Source of the DNA: an uncultured delta proteobacterium
Lineage (GTDB): Bacteria > Bdellovibrionota > FAC87 > UBA2466
DNA: 64,000 nucleotides
NCBI GenBank assembly: GCA_963778115.1
Contig: CAVZSV010000004.1
Location: 1,120,001-1,184,000, forward strand
Reading direction: 5' to 3'
The notes beneath the pieces were generated by a model, which was given only the letters and a program-made list of their open reading frames with translations, had not been told where the DNA came from and ran no database searches. The number at the start of each line of letters is the position of its first letter. The first letter of the stretch is position 1. A program made the translations under genes and the position numbers. Of this stretch, positions 19,569 through 28,692 are shown piece by piece.

Positions 19569-20291
19569 TTAAGGGGAATGCTCCCAAACCCCACCTAGGG
19601 GGAGAAAAGCTCCATTGAGATAGGCGGGACTATCTTTAATAAGCCATCGAGCGACTTGAACTATCTCCTCGGGGTTACCCAATCTTCCCGCCGGAATCTG
19701 CTTTTCTAAACTGGCTTTTTCTTCATCGGAAAACTTTCCAAAATTAATATAGCCAGGACAAATGGCGTTCACCCGAACTCCAAAAGGAGCTAGCGCGGTG
19801 GCAAAGGATTTTGTCATCACCGCAAGTCCGGCTTTGGCAGCCGCATACGGTGCGGCACCAGTCCAACTACGAATATTTTCTACTCCGGCATAGCAAAAGT
19901 TTAGAATCTGCCCTTTTCGTTCTATCAAATGGTCTTTAGCAAAATGAGACATAGTAAAAGCCACGTTTAGATTTAGCTCCACCGTCGAACGCCATTGAAG
20001 GGGGGTTACCGAAAGAATATCTACTCCCGAGAATGGCCCAATCAAATTGATCAAGATATCTATTCCCCCAAATCTGCTTACCGTTTTCTCGGTAAGCGCC
20101 TTAGCCTGGGAGATATCGGTGAGATCGGCCTGTAGCGAGGCAAACTTATGACTTTCGAACTGAGAAAATAAATCAGAACGGCTGTGGTACTGGCCAAAGA
20201 CGGCACACCCTTCCGTTAAGAGGGCTTTAGTTAATCCAAGGCCTATATCTGAATTAGCTCCCGTCATCAAAACTACTTTGTTCTTCATCAT
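19569..20291 (-). CDS. SDR family oxidoreductase
   Basis: TGANSDIG, GGIDILIN, YAAAK, GVRVNAICPG, IPAGRLG. Confidence 0.9.
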   Translation of the reverse strand: MMKNKVVLMTGANSDIGLGLTKALLTEGCAVFGQYHSRSDLFSQFESHKFASLQADLTDISQAKALTEKTVSRFGGIDILINLIGPFSGVDILSVTPLQWRSTVELNLNVAFTMSHFAKDHLIERKGQILNFCYAGVENIRSWTGAAPYAAAKAGLAVMTKSFATALAPFGVRVNAICPGYINFGKFSDEEKASLEKQIPAGRLGNPEEIVQVARWLIKDSPAYLNGAFLPLGGVWEHSP

Positions 20292-20618
20292 TCCTACTTT
20301 GCCACTAGCGTGCTTGTCCCCGTTTCCGGATCACACGAATACCACTTCGCTCCCCTTATATTCGGAAACTCTTTCACTACCTCTATCACAAGGCAACCCC
20401 GATAAAATAGTTCTATGCATTGTACCCGCTTCTTTCCGAAACATTGATTCGCCCCTATTGTCGGAAAGGGCCATTTTTTGTAGCCGATTTTCGCTGACTC
20501 GAGGGGGCAGGACACGGAACCATCCCTTTAGGTCCTAGGCAGCCGCTGGATTCCGCTAACGGTGGGACACAAAAGGTGAGCAGAAAGGAAGTGAGTAGAA
20601 GATTTAGATCCATTCTTC

Positions 20619-22151
20619 CTAGTTAAGAGGGTGGGATCTTTCATGAGCCATATTCCAAAGCAGCCATCGGCTGTCATTGGGAAGTTCGGTCACAGGGTGT
20701 TGTGCGAAGTAGGCATCGTCATCACGGTGCTCCCAGGTCTCTTTCACGATATCGTAGGTAAGAGGCGAGCTATTATGGATACGAGAATCTTTGTGCCCTT
20801 CGATCCAATAGTTTTGAATATAGCTAAAGTTACTGGCTAAGCAGTAAAGGAGATAAAGAAAGACCGTATATCTTCCGGCCCAGGCGACTTCAGAGTGGCG
20901 GGACAGCAAAATAGCGATGGGAATCACCACTAAGATCGAAAACAGAGAACCATAATAGTATCCAGAGATAGGTTGTCCCGGCATGTGACGAGAATGGATC
21001 ACCGTTTGAAAAATAACGAGCGCCACTAATGCACCGATCAAAAGCAGTACTGATGTCCGCGATTCCCGAGACAGCTTAGCCCAGGAGTATCCAAAAAATA
21101 GTAAGATCCCCGCCGTCAGGAATTCAAATCCAGAATCGGAAATAAGTAAGAGATGCGCTTCCAATAGCGAGTTGGCGATCTTTCCGAAAGGATAGTCAAA
21201 ACTGAGCGTTAGATTTTGATTGTCGGTTATCGCAAATTTCCAGAATGTGAAATCCTCGTAGCCAAGCCGGTGCACCAAAGGAGGAATGAGATAGGTCACG
21301 GATACCAGGAAAAGAACACCAGAAACCGCGAATGCGCTCCACAAGAACCAATACTTTCCAAAACGGCGAACCAAGGAGGGAAAGAGGATCGGCATGGCCA
21401 AGTAAGCAAAAAATGCCGTCGGATCGGAAAAAAGGCCCACAAAAATAAAGGTAGTAAATCCAAAGAAAGCCGCCGCTTGGGTTTTCTTGGAAAACTCGAC
21501 CTCCTCCTGCTCCTTTAATTTGGTGCCTATAAAGAGCAGCGACAAAATAAAAAGCATCGTCAGAGGTTTGGCCGGATGAAAGCGAAAGGTAACACTCGAA
21601 AGGTATCCCGTGGTGAGACAAAATAAAGCCGTCGCCATCAGAGCAGTGGCTTTATCTTGAGTGAAACTCTTGGTGACTCGATACATCAGCAAGGGAGCCC
21701 CGACCGCAAAGAGAAGCCAAGTTAAGCAGAATGTCGGGTGCGGAGGCACGAAGGAAAACAGCCACAAGCGAAATTTCGTATCGAGCACGGTAAAGAGATA
21801 GCTCAAGAAACGCGGCTGCGGATCTTGATCCATCTTTTTCCAGTCAAAGCAAAGGGTCAGATCTTTCCAATGAAAGCCAGCCCCATTTCGAGCGGCGACG
21901 TCCAGCATTCGGCCGGGCAGCTCGGGATGTACCCAGCTCACGCTATAATCGAGCACTTGCCAGAAAAAACCGTAAAACAGAACCGCCGCAAGCACAAAGC
22001 CCAAGAAAAGAGTGGTCTGCTTGTAGCTCAGTTCCGTAGAAAGGAAGGAGCCAATCCGTGGGAAGAAGCGCTTTGAGTTACTCTCGCCGTTTGAGGAGGG
22101 CTTCAGCCCCACCGAGGCTTGCCATTTCGTAGATCGCAAAACCCGCCCCAT
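20619..22151 (-). CDS. Polytopic membrane protein, possibly a GT-C-fold glycosyltransferase
   Basis: About a dozen hydrophobic segments with an N-terminal periplasmic loop (QPRFLSYLF); ATG 22151 follows GAGGAG. The function is a guess from topology. Confidence 0.55.
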   Translation of the reverse strand: MGRVLRSTKWQASVGLKPSSNGESNSKRFFPRIGSFLSTELSYKQTTLFLGFVLAAVLFYGFFWQVLDYSVSWVHPELPGRMLDVAARNGAGFHWKDLTLCFDWKKMDQDPQPRFLSYLFTVLDTKFRLWLFSFVPPHPTFCLTWLLFAVGAPLLMYRVTKSFTQDKATALMATALFCLTTGYLSSVTFRFHPAKPLTMLFILSLLFIGTKLKEQEEVEFSKKTQAAAFFGFTTFIFVGLFSDPTAFFAYLAMPILFPSLVRRFGKYWFLWSAFAVSGVLFLVSVTYLIPPLVHRLGYEDFTFWKFAITDNQNLTLSFDYPFGKIANSLLEAHLLLISDSGFEFLTAGILLFFGYSWAKLSRESRTSVLLLIGALVALVIFQTVIHSRHMPGQPISGYYYGSLFSILVVIPIAILLSRHSEVAWAGRYTVFLYLLYCLASNFSYIQNYWIEGHKDSRIHNSSPLTYDIVKETWEHRDDDAYFAQHPVTELPNDSRWLLWNMAHERSHPLN

Positions 22152-22344
22152 CGCACTCTCCTCATTAACGACTTTGGCAGAAGGAAATCTAGGAAGTAGG
22201 AAGATGATACGCAACACCCGATGGAATCGACGCTAGAATAACGCGCCGTCCTCCGGCCTCTGGAACTGCTGCAAAAGAGGCTCTTTTATTATCCTTCGGC
22301 TGGGAATTCATGTCCAACCCCTTTTGTCTGAAAGAGTGGGATTC

Positions 22345-22716
22345 TTAACTTGGATTATCCTTCTTATCGAAATGGCCGATATCACGTTTGTCTTCATCGG
22401 TGGAAGAGCTGTAGGTGTATTTCTGGACAAGGCCACTCTTATCAAAGGTGATGTCTAGATCTTTGGTATTAGAGTCTCCGAAGACTCGGTACTTATAGTA
22501 ACCGTAAGTCCACTTTTCATTGCCGTTGTCGTAGCCCACACGGAAGGGCTGGCCATAAGTGCTCAAGATTTCGTTTCGCGTTGTCTTTCCAATGATAATG
22601 CTCTGCACGCCTTTAAATGAAAATTGATTTCCTACCGTAGCACAAGCGGAGAATGTCATTAGGGATACTACTGAAACAAACAGAACCGGAAAGAAAAACC
22701 ATTTTTGTCGACTCAT
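22345..22716 (-). CDS. Lipoprotein with BamE/SmpA-OmlA-like domain
   Basis: Lipobox FSAC; IIIGKTTRNEILSTYGQP, WTYGY, LDITFDKSGLV. Confidence 0.8.
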   Translation of the reverse strand: MSRQKWFFFPVLFVSVVSLMTFSACATVGNQFSFKGVQSIIIGKTTRNEILSTYGQPFRVGYDNGNEKWTYGYYKYRVFGDSNTKDLDITFDKSGLVQKYTYSSSTDEDKRDIGHFDKKDNPS

Positions 22717-22748
22717 CTATTTTCTCCTTAAGAACCACCCTAGCGTAA

Positions 22749-22802
22749 AGAATAGCCAGAGTCATTAAAGAGCAGATGAGACAAGAATTAGTTTTCCCTA
22801 AT
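22749..22802 (-). promoter_or_regulatory. OmpR-family tandem direct-repeat box plus -10 (site D)
   Basis: Minus strand ATTAG-n6-CTAAT-n6-CTCAT-n6-TTTAA-n10-TATTCT upstream of 22716. Confidence 0.7.
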
Positions 22803-22807
22803 CCAGG

Positions 22808-22942
22808 TCAACGATCGTGATAGAGAAAAGGGGACTCGTGGTATTCGTCGTTGGAGTCAGAGTGAGAACGTTTGTGATCTACACTCGAACAGCCCACACA
22901 AAGCAAAGCTACAAATCCAGCGAGTAATAATATTGCCTTCAT
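22808..22942 (-). CDS. 44-aa mini-lipoprotein (below the ORF track cut-off)
   Basis: GAGG RBS; MKAILLLAGFVALLCVGC-SSVDHKRSHSDSNDEYHESPFLYHDR. Confidence 0.75.
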   Translation of the reverse strand: MKAILLLAGFVALLCVGCSSVDHKRSHSDSNDEYHESPFLYHDR

Positions 22943-22952
22943 AACCTCTTCC

Positions 22953-23096
22953 TTACTCTCCGGGCCGCGCTAACAAATCATCACGATGCTCGGCCTGTCT
23001 TGCGGCCAAAGCTTGTTTATCGTCGTTCGAACTCATGGTCGAGCACGCAGCGGTTCCCAGAAGTACTAACAAAAGCAGTGCGGTAAATGTCTTCAT
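22953..23096 (-). CDS. 47-aa mini-lipoprotein (below the ORF track cut-off)
   Basis: GAGG RBS; MKTFTALLLLVLLGTAAC-STMSSNDDKQALAARQAEHRDDLLARPGE. Confidence 0.75.
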   Translation of the reverse strand: MKTFTALLLLVLLGTAACSTMSSNDDKQALAARQAEHRDDLLARPGE

Positions 23097-23116
23097 ACGG
23101 ACCTCTTTCTGTGCAT

Positions 23117-23159
23117 AACCTAGTCTCCTTTGATTACAGGAACGTGAACTAAAGATTAC
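23117..23159 (-). promoter_or_regulatory. OmpR-family tandem direct-repeat box plus -10 (site E)
   Basis: Minus strand GTAAT-n6-TTCAC-n6-GTAAT-n10-TAGGTT upstream of 23096. Confidence 0.6.
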
Positions 23160-23296
23160 ATTTCGTCCCCTTCCTTGCCGCGTTAAGTCAAAGAAATTCT
23201 TTGGCTTCTCGGCTGCGCGGCATTTCGCTGGAGGATTAACGGTAGACTCGACGAAGTCATCTTTTGGCAGGGGGATGCCCTGCCAAGACGGTATGC

Positions 23297-23455
23297 TTAA
23301 TTGGAATGAAAAAAGTCGCTGATGCGAGAATTGATTGATTCGGAAAGAAGACCTAAAACATGGCTAACGCCAGAACCAAAGAGTTTAGTATTCATCGCCA
23401 AAATAACAACGATGAACCCTACGATCAAAATAGTCGCGGTACTCCCTTTACCCAT
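23297..23455 (-). CDS. 52-aa small membrane protein (below the ORF track cut-off)
   Basis: AGGAG RBS; MGKGSTATILIVGFIVVILAMNTKLFGSGVSHVLGLLSESINSRISDFFHSN; followed by a 9-bp hairpin at 23264-23286. Confidence 0.55.
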   Translation of the reverse strand: MGKGSTATILIVGFIVVILAMNTKLFGSGVSHVLGLLSESINSRISDFFHSN

Positions 23456-23551
23456 TCTGTACTCCTAGTAATAGAGGCCCAGTCTGTAGAGTATCGTAAA
23501 AGAGTTGAGAAATCGTGGACTAGCTATCTCATTGTTAAAGCTTAGATATTA

Positions 23552-24097
23552 TCAAAAGCGATGAGAATATTCGGGGCCACTATGGCTTCGGCGAGACCAA
23601 AGCTTCAAGTTCCCCTGATCGTTAAACACTAAGGTGTCGGATTCAATTTCGGGAACTCTAAAGCTGAGACTCTGATCATAATGAATAAAGGCCGTATCGC
23701 CGTCCTGTTCCAAGCTCGTCCCGCAGACGTGATTTGAAGCCAAAAGTCTCAAATCGTGGGCGGCTGCCGTCGCCGCTATTTTTTCTTTTTCGGAATCGAT
23801 GTTGGGATAGGTCACCATGCCATCCGAATTGGCATCGGGGTGCCCCGGCTCATAGATCATTTTAAAATCAGAATGGGGAACGAGTCTAAAATCGGTTTGG
23901 CTTCGCACAATTTCTATTCGCTTATAGGGCCCTCCGTCAGGAGTGCGACAAACATCGGAGTTTTCGATATTAAAAGTGTGAATCGCTACTCCGAGTGAAG
24001 CGACATACAGATCAAGACAGTCGAGAGCTTTGGCGACATTACCAAAACTAAATACCAAGACGCAAAGAGTTAGGCTCGGGACTAATCGGCTTGTCAT
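23552..24097 (-). CDS. Signal-peptide protein containing a FlgC (flagellar rod)-like segment
   Basis: GGAGG RBS; signal peptide ending AKA; NIENSDVCRTPDGGPYKR and YEPGHPDANSDGMVTYPNID match FlgC signature motifs. Confidence 0.7.
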   Translation of the reverse strand: MTSRLVPSLTLCVLVFSFGNVAKALDCLDLYVASLGVAIHTFNIENSDVCRTPDGGPYKRIEIVRSQTDFRLVPHSDFKMIYEPGHPDANSDGMVTYPNIDSEKEKIAATAAAHDLRLLASNHVCGTSLEQDGDTAFIHYDQSLSFRVPEIESDTLVFNDQGNLKLWSRRSHSGPEYSHRF

Positions 24098-24149
24098 TAG
24101 CCACCTCCTATTTTTTTGGGGGGAGATTTATTAAGTGTACCCTTTTTCG

Positions 24150-24179
24150 TCCGTTGAGGTAGCTAGATCGTCCGTTCGG
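24150..24179 (+). promoter_or_regulatory. LytTR-family binding site (direct repeat)
   Basis: TCCGTTGAG-n12-TCCGTTCGG fits the LytTR consensus [TA][AC][CA]GTTN[AG][TG] with a 12-bp spacer; TATAGT at 24217-24222. Confidence 0.75.
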
Positions 24180-24273
24180 GAAGCGTCCCTTCTTCCTAAA
24201 CACAAAGTGCCGTAACTATAGTCATAGAAAACAAACAACGCCGTTGGGTACGGCATAAAAAAGGGGTAATCGA

Positions 24274-24747
24274 ATGAAATTCAAAACGAGCAAATTATTG
24301 GGACTTGGTATTGTCATGGTAGTCGTCTGCTCGCAGGCACGGGCCGCCATCACCGATGGAGCGGGCACTTGGACGGGAGCGGGAGCTTCTTTTAACGCGA
24401 AGAATCAACAGATCGCAACCTACGTTGTGGAACTTACCAATACTGCGATCGATGATCACACCATTCAGACCAAAGGGACGATAACCTTCACCGACGGAAC
24501 TTCCCAAGACTTCGAGCAGACGATGTCGGGTGACGACCAAGGTTTTTCCTTAGCATCGGATGCGGGAAAAGGAGGCGGTTACTGCTTCGGGGAAGGGCTT
24601 TGCGAAAGCTATGTCGGAACGGGAAGCCACGGATTTGCCGTGACCGAAGTCATTGACGGAGCGGACCAAATGAGGATTCTGAGCACCGAACTAGATAACG
24701 GAACGGTCGTAGAATTTTCCCGTGAAAAACTGACCCGCAAACGGTAA
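24274..24747 (+). CDS. Secreted beta-rich hypothetical protein (possibly lipocalin-like)
   Basis: Signal peptide ending ARA, GTWTG motif, alternating beta-strand pattern, one Cys pair. Confidence 0.75.
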   Translation: MKFKTSKLLGLGIVMVVVCSQARAAITDGAGTWTGAGASFNAKNQQIATYVVELTNTAIDDHTIQTKGTITFTDGTSQDFEQTMSGDDQGFSLASDAGKGGGYCFGEGLCESYVGTGSHGFAVTEVIDGADQMRILSTELDNGTVVEFSREKLTRKR

Positions 24748-24773
24748 AGATCATTAGAGTCCCCACGGCGCCT

Positions 24774-25935
24774 TTGCGTCCGTGGGGATCTTTATTTGGG
24801 GAAAGGGATACTCCAGTGGTGGGAGTGATTAAGAAATTACGGAAAAATTGGCTTACCAAACGCACGTTAAAAGCCTCCTGTTTTCGGTCTGTTTTCTTTT
24901 GGAATCCTCTTATCTGCTGCTTCTTCACCCTTTTTTTCGGAGAGACCGATCACTTTGCCCGAGTGTGGCTTCGCTCCTTTCTAATTAGTTCGGGAGTTTC
25001 GATTTTTTGTTTTAGCGCCGTGGGAATGGTCGCGAAAGTAGAGAATGCCTTTGCCAAATGGCGAAATCGTCCCGCTCCCGTGCACCCCATCTCTTGGTAC
25101 TACTCCATCTCAGGCTTTTTCATGCCTTTAGGGCTTTGGGTCTCTTTTCAGTTCACAGGCTTTGTGCTCCATCTGTTAGGAATGCGTTGGCATCCCCCCG
25201 ACCTCGACGACTATCGCATTGGACTATTACTAGGAGCTCTTATCTGTGGACTCTTTTTCTTAGTCCGAACTCGAAACGATGCGAGAGAGGCGGATAAAGC
25301 TACACAGTTAAAAGTAAAGCATTTGGAAAACGATCGGCTGAAAGCTCAGATCTCAGCCCTTACCGCTCAGATGAATCCTCACCTTCTCTTTAATGCTCTC
25401 AATACTATCGCATCTTTAGTTCCTAACGATCCTAAGCAAGCCGAAGATACTATCTTAAGACTCGCTGAACTTTACCGCGGAGTTTTGGAATCAAGTAAAC
25501 ACTCCACCCATTCTTTATCTACCGAAATTGAAATTTGTCGTGCGTACCTAGCGGTGGAGCACGCCAGATTTGGAGATAGGCTCGGCGTATCTATCGAAAT
25601 AGAAGAAGGGTTAAATATGAATGCCGTCCAGGTCCCCGTACTCACCGTACAACCGCTCGTAGAAAATGCGGTAAAGCATGGCATCTCTAATGTATCGCGA
25701 GGCGGTCAAGTGCGTCTTCGAGTCCAACAACAGGAACAAACTCTGCAGATTCTCTGTAGAAGACGACAGTGTGGGAATAGGGCAATCGACGCGTAAGGGC
25801 TCTGGAACCGGAATCGCTAACTGCAGAGAGCGCCTGAAACTTACTTACGGCTCCTCGGGAAGCCTCGATATTTTCACGAGAGCGGAAGGAGGCACTCGGG
25901 CTGTCCTGATAATGCCACAGGAGCATAGCGCATGA
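24774..25935 (+). pseudogene. LytS/YehU-family sensor histidine kinase with a 1-nt insertion at about 25750
   Basis: TM region, AQMNPHLLFNALNTI, QPLVENAVKHG. The ATPase remainder SVEDDSVGI...GTGIANCRERL...GGTRA lies in another frame (ORF 25678-25935). Start codon uncertain. Confidence 0.85.
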
Positions 25936-26672
25936 TCCGAACTCTTCTCGTTGACGATGAAATTCCGGCACGCACCCGTCTCTCTCGAATTCTAAAAGAA
26001 ATGGCTGACGTTGAGATCGTCGGAGAGGCTTCCGATGGAAAAGAAGCATTGATAGAGATCGATAGGCTCAATCCTGACTTAGTCCTGTTGGATATTGAAA
26101 TGCCTGAATTAGACGGATTGGAAGTCGCTTCCGCACTTAGCGGAAAAGGACCAGCGATAGTCTTTATCACGGCCTATGACGAACATGCCCTTAAAGCGTT
26201 TGAGCTCAGCGCCATCGATTATTTGGTAAAACCACCGACACAAGCCCGAGTTGAGGCAGCTTTGGCGAAGATCCGAAACCGCTCAAACCCCAAGATCGAC
26301 CTTTCCACTTTCTTAAAAAACTTCCCCACAGAGCGAATCCATCGCCTCGCCGTGAAGTGTGGAGCTAAGTACGTCATTTTCGATCCCAGAAAGATTTCCG
26401 CTATCGTAGCCAAGGACCACTATTCCGCGATCACCGTCGAGGGAAGAGAGCTTTTGGCCGATGATCCTCTGGATGTCATTACCGAGAGGCTTAATTCGGA
26501 TTCGTTTATTCGTATTCACCGAAGTGCGGTGATTAATGTCGACTATTTGGGAGAGCTGGAACGCGAAGGGGATCGCAAGTACACGGCCGTAATGTCCGAT
26601 CAAAATAAAACCAGAGTTCCCGTGAGCCGAGAACGACTGAACGAGCTTAAAGAACGATTAGGACTCTTTTAA
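25932..26672 (+). CDS. LytR/AlgR-family response regulator
   Basis: LLVDDE, LDIEMP, FITAYDEHA, DYLVKP, FIRIHRSAVIN, VPVSR. Confidence 0.95.
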   Translation: MIRTLLVDDEIPARTRLSRILKEMADVEIVGEASDGKEALIEIDRLNPDLVLLDIEMPELDGLEVASALSGKGPAIVFITAYDEHALKAFELSAIDYLVKPPTQARVEAALAKIRNRSNPKIDLSTFLKNFPTERIHRLAVKCGAKYVIFDPRKISAIVAKDHYSAITVEGRELLADDPLDVITERLNSDSFIRIHRSAVINVDYLGELEREGDRKYTAVMSDQNKTRVPVSRERLNELKERLGLF

Positions 26673-26687
26673 TTCACAGCGAGATTT

Positions 26688-26733
26688 CAAAAATAAAAAA
26701 ACCCGGCTACTCTGCATCGCAGAAGTAGCCGGG
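26688..26733 (-). terminator. Intrinsic terminator of the Gly-rich gene
   Basis: CCCGGCTACT...AGTAGCCGGG stem preceded by a plus-strand A tract (U tract on minus). Confidence 0.75.
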
Positions 26734-26750
26734 CGATAACTTAATAGACT

Positions 26751-28310
26751 CTAGTTTCCCGGAGTGGGAGCCGGAGCAGGATCCGGTTCACCTTGAACTA
26801 CGTCGGGATTTCCGCCGAACGAAGTGATGATATCATTCACCACTTGCAGACGGGCTAGATCATCCGCGTTCATCGTCTGAGAATCGGGAACAAAGACCGC
26901 AGTCTGCGTATTGTTCACCAGATCCAGGACTGCTTTGAACGGAAGATGGATATCTCCGCGATCCACGAAGCCTTCCATCACGACAGCCTGATTGTTCAGG
27001 TTTTCGTAGTGAGTAACAACGACGTCGTTATCTCCCAATTGGAAGCTAGCTTGAAGAACGTCGGAGACTTCATCCGTTAGATAACCAAGAGCCGTCTCAA
27101 GGGCCGCTCTAAAGTTATACTGGTTCTGAACCGACATCCCGTTCACGTCGATGGCCAAGTCGCGAAGTGTTTCGGTCGGGAAAAAGACTCCCGCGAAACT
27201 AAATGGCGTAACGGGATAGGTTGGATAATCCACTCCGTACCATTCTTCGTAGAAAGTGACGTCGAACAAGGTGGCATCGACATACAACCACGAGATGATC
27301 GGATAGTAGAAGTACGCTTCGAACTCGACCCAAGGTAGTACTGGATAGTAATAACCACCGCAGAATCCGTAGGCAAAGTAGGAACTGCAACCGTAGCGGA
27401 ACGCGTTATCACGATAGTAATTTTGATAACCGTTCACCCTTTGTTGAATTCCAGGCCCGTAGGCCTGTCGAAACCGGTCTTCATTTCCACGAAGACGATC
27501 CGAAGCTCCTTGTGAGTAATTGAAGCTAGCTTTCTTCTGGTTGATCACCGTGAAGTTGTTTTGAGTATAAGAATTGTACAACTCACTCGGTTTCTGATGA
27601 GCAACCACGTTCGGAGGATTCTGAACCGTCACAGGATGGCTAGGATCGATTCCTCCTTTGCCATTTCCCATTCCGCTGGGATGCCCTCCCGCATGTCCAC
27701 CACCAGGCGGATTGTTGAATCCAGGGTGTCCACCAGGATTACCGCCGGGATTTCCTCCAGGGTGTCCGCCGGGATTACCACCGGGATTTCCTCCAGGGTG
27801 TCCGCCGGGATTACCACCGGGATTTCCTCCAGGGTGTCCGCCGGGATTACCGCCGGGATTTCCTCCAGGGTGTCCGCCGGGATTACCACCGGGATTTCCT
27901 CCAGGGTGTCCGCCACCACCGCCTCCGCCTCCACCACCGCCAGGATGAAAACCTCCACCGCCTCCACCGCCGCCTCCGCCAGGATGAAAACCTCCACCGC
28001 CTCCACCGCCTCCACCGCCTCCACCGCCTCCACCGCCTCCACCGCCTCCACCGCCGCCTCCGCCAGGATGAAAACCTCCACCGCCTCCACCGCCGCCTCC
28101 GCCAGGATGAAAGCCTCCACCGCCGCCACCGCCGCCTCCGGGATGGCCTCCGCCGCCTCCGCCGCCACCTCGCGCAGGTGACGCCATGGTAGCGATCTTA
28201 GCTGGTTGTGAAATTTGTAAGGCCGTTGCTGTGTCCGCCCAAGATGCGGACGAAAGGAAAAACGCAGACGAAACCGCGAGGGTTAGTCGCGGAGCTGTAA
28301 CTTTTAACAT
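26751..28310 (-). CDS. Secreted glycine-rich repeat protein with Tyr-rich and acidic C-terminal domain
   Basis: Signal peptide ending SWA; (G)nFHP and PGGNPGGNPGGH repeats; non-repetitive C-terminal half. Confidence 0.8.
   Translation of the reverse strand: MLKVTAPRLTLAVSSAFFLSSASWADTATALQISQPAKIATMASPARGGGGGGGGHPGGGGGGGGGFHPGGGGGGGGGGFHPGGGGGGGGGGGGGGGGGGGGGGGGGFHPGGGGGGGGGGFHPGGGGGGGGGGGHPGGNPGGNPGGHPGGNPGGNPGGHPGGNPGGNPGGHPGGNPGGNPGGHPGGNPGGNPGGHPGFNNPPGGGHAGGHPSGMGNGKGGIDPSHPVTVQNPPNVVAHQKPSELYNSYTQNNFTVINQKKASFNYSQGASDRLRGNEDRFRQAYGPGIQQRVNGYQNYYRDNAFRYGCSSYFAYGFCGGYYYPVLPWVEFEAYFYYPIISWLYVDATLFDVTFYEEWYGVDYPTYPVTPFSFAGVFFPTETLRDLAIDVNGMSVQNQYNFRAALETALGYLTDEVSDVLQASFQLGDNDVVVTHYENLNNQAVVMEGFVDRGDIHLPFKAVLDLVNNTQTAVFVPDSQTMNADDLARLQVVNDIITSFGGNPDVVQGEPDPAPAPTPGN
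27721..28170. repeat. Coding tandem repeats: five 36-bp units plus CCTCCACCG-type 9-bp arrays
   Basis: CCAGGGTGTCCGCCGGGATTACCACCGGGATTTCCT-type unit x5 at 27721-27900, then poly-Gly codon arrays. Confidence 0.95.
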
Positions 28311-28426
28311 TATTCTTCTCCCCTACCAAAAGAGACTTGAGCCCCAACTGAATTGATTAGCCGTCCCGCAGTAACTAGAAACTAATTTCAAAAGTCCTGA
28401 CTCAGGTCGTAACTGATCAGAGCTTC

Positions 28427-28443
28427 AGCAGTTTTTGTGCCAA
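28427..28443 (-). promoter_or_regulatory. Putative sigma54 promoter of the Gly-rich gene
   Basis: Minus strand TTGGCAC-aaaaa-CTGCT with GG-N10-GC spacing. Confidence 0.6.
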
Positions 28444-28692
28444 GGATCGGACCAGAGTCGCTTTTCCTTGGGTGACCAGATCGCCTTGAAATGATGAACC
28501 TTTCGGGAAGCGCCGTTTCTTTCGTCCCGAGAAAATAGAAGTGCTCGTTTTGGAACCGTGAAATAACTTCGGTGTTATTTTGGGACAGCGCCCAATAAAA
28601 GTGAAAGGTGGAATTGAACCTTTATATCGCTGCGTGTTAAAGAAGAAAGGCTCGTTGAAGTTAGGGGAATGTACCGGAATATAGGAGAGGCA

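Noticed and set aside
20294..20515. 73-aa ORF upstream of the SDR gene
   Set aside because: GTG start and no recognisable motif; its position is operon-like, but the evidence is too thin to call.
23297..23455. Flp pilin identity for the 52-aa ORF
   Set aside because: It has a G-S-T-A plus hydrophobic stretch but lacks the conserved EY motif, and no tad genes are nearby.
27721..27900. CRISPR array (36-bp repeats)
   Set aside because: Units are head-to-tail with no unique spacers, are in-frame coding repeats, and no cas genes are present.
27561..28181. Alternative-frame repeat ORFs (STA-, AVE- and PPG-rich)
   Set aside because: By-products of the Gly-codon repeats; only the 26751-28310 frame has a signal peptide, promoter and terminator.
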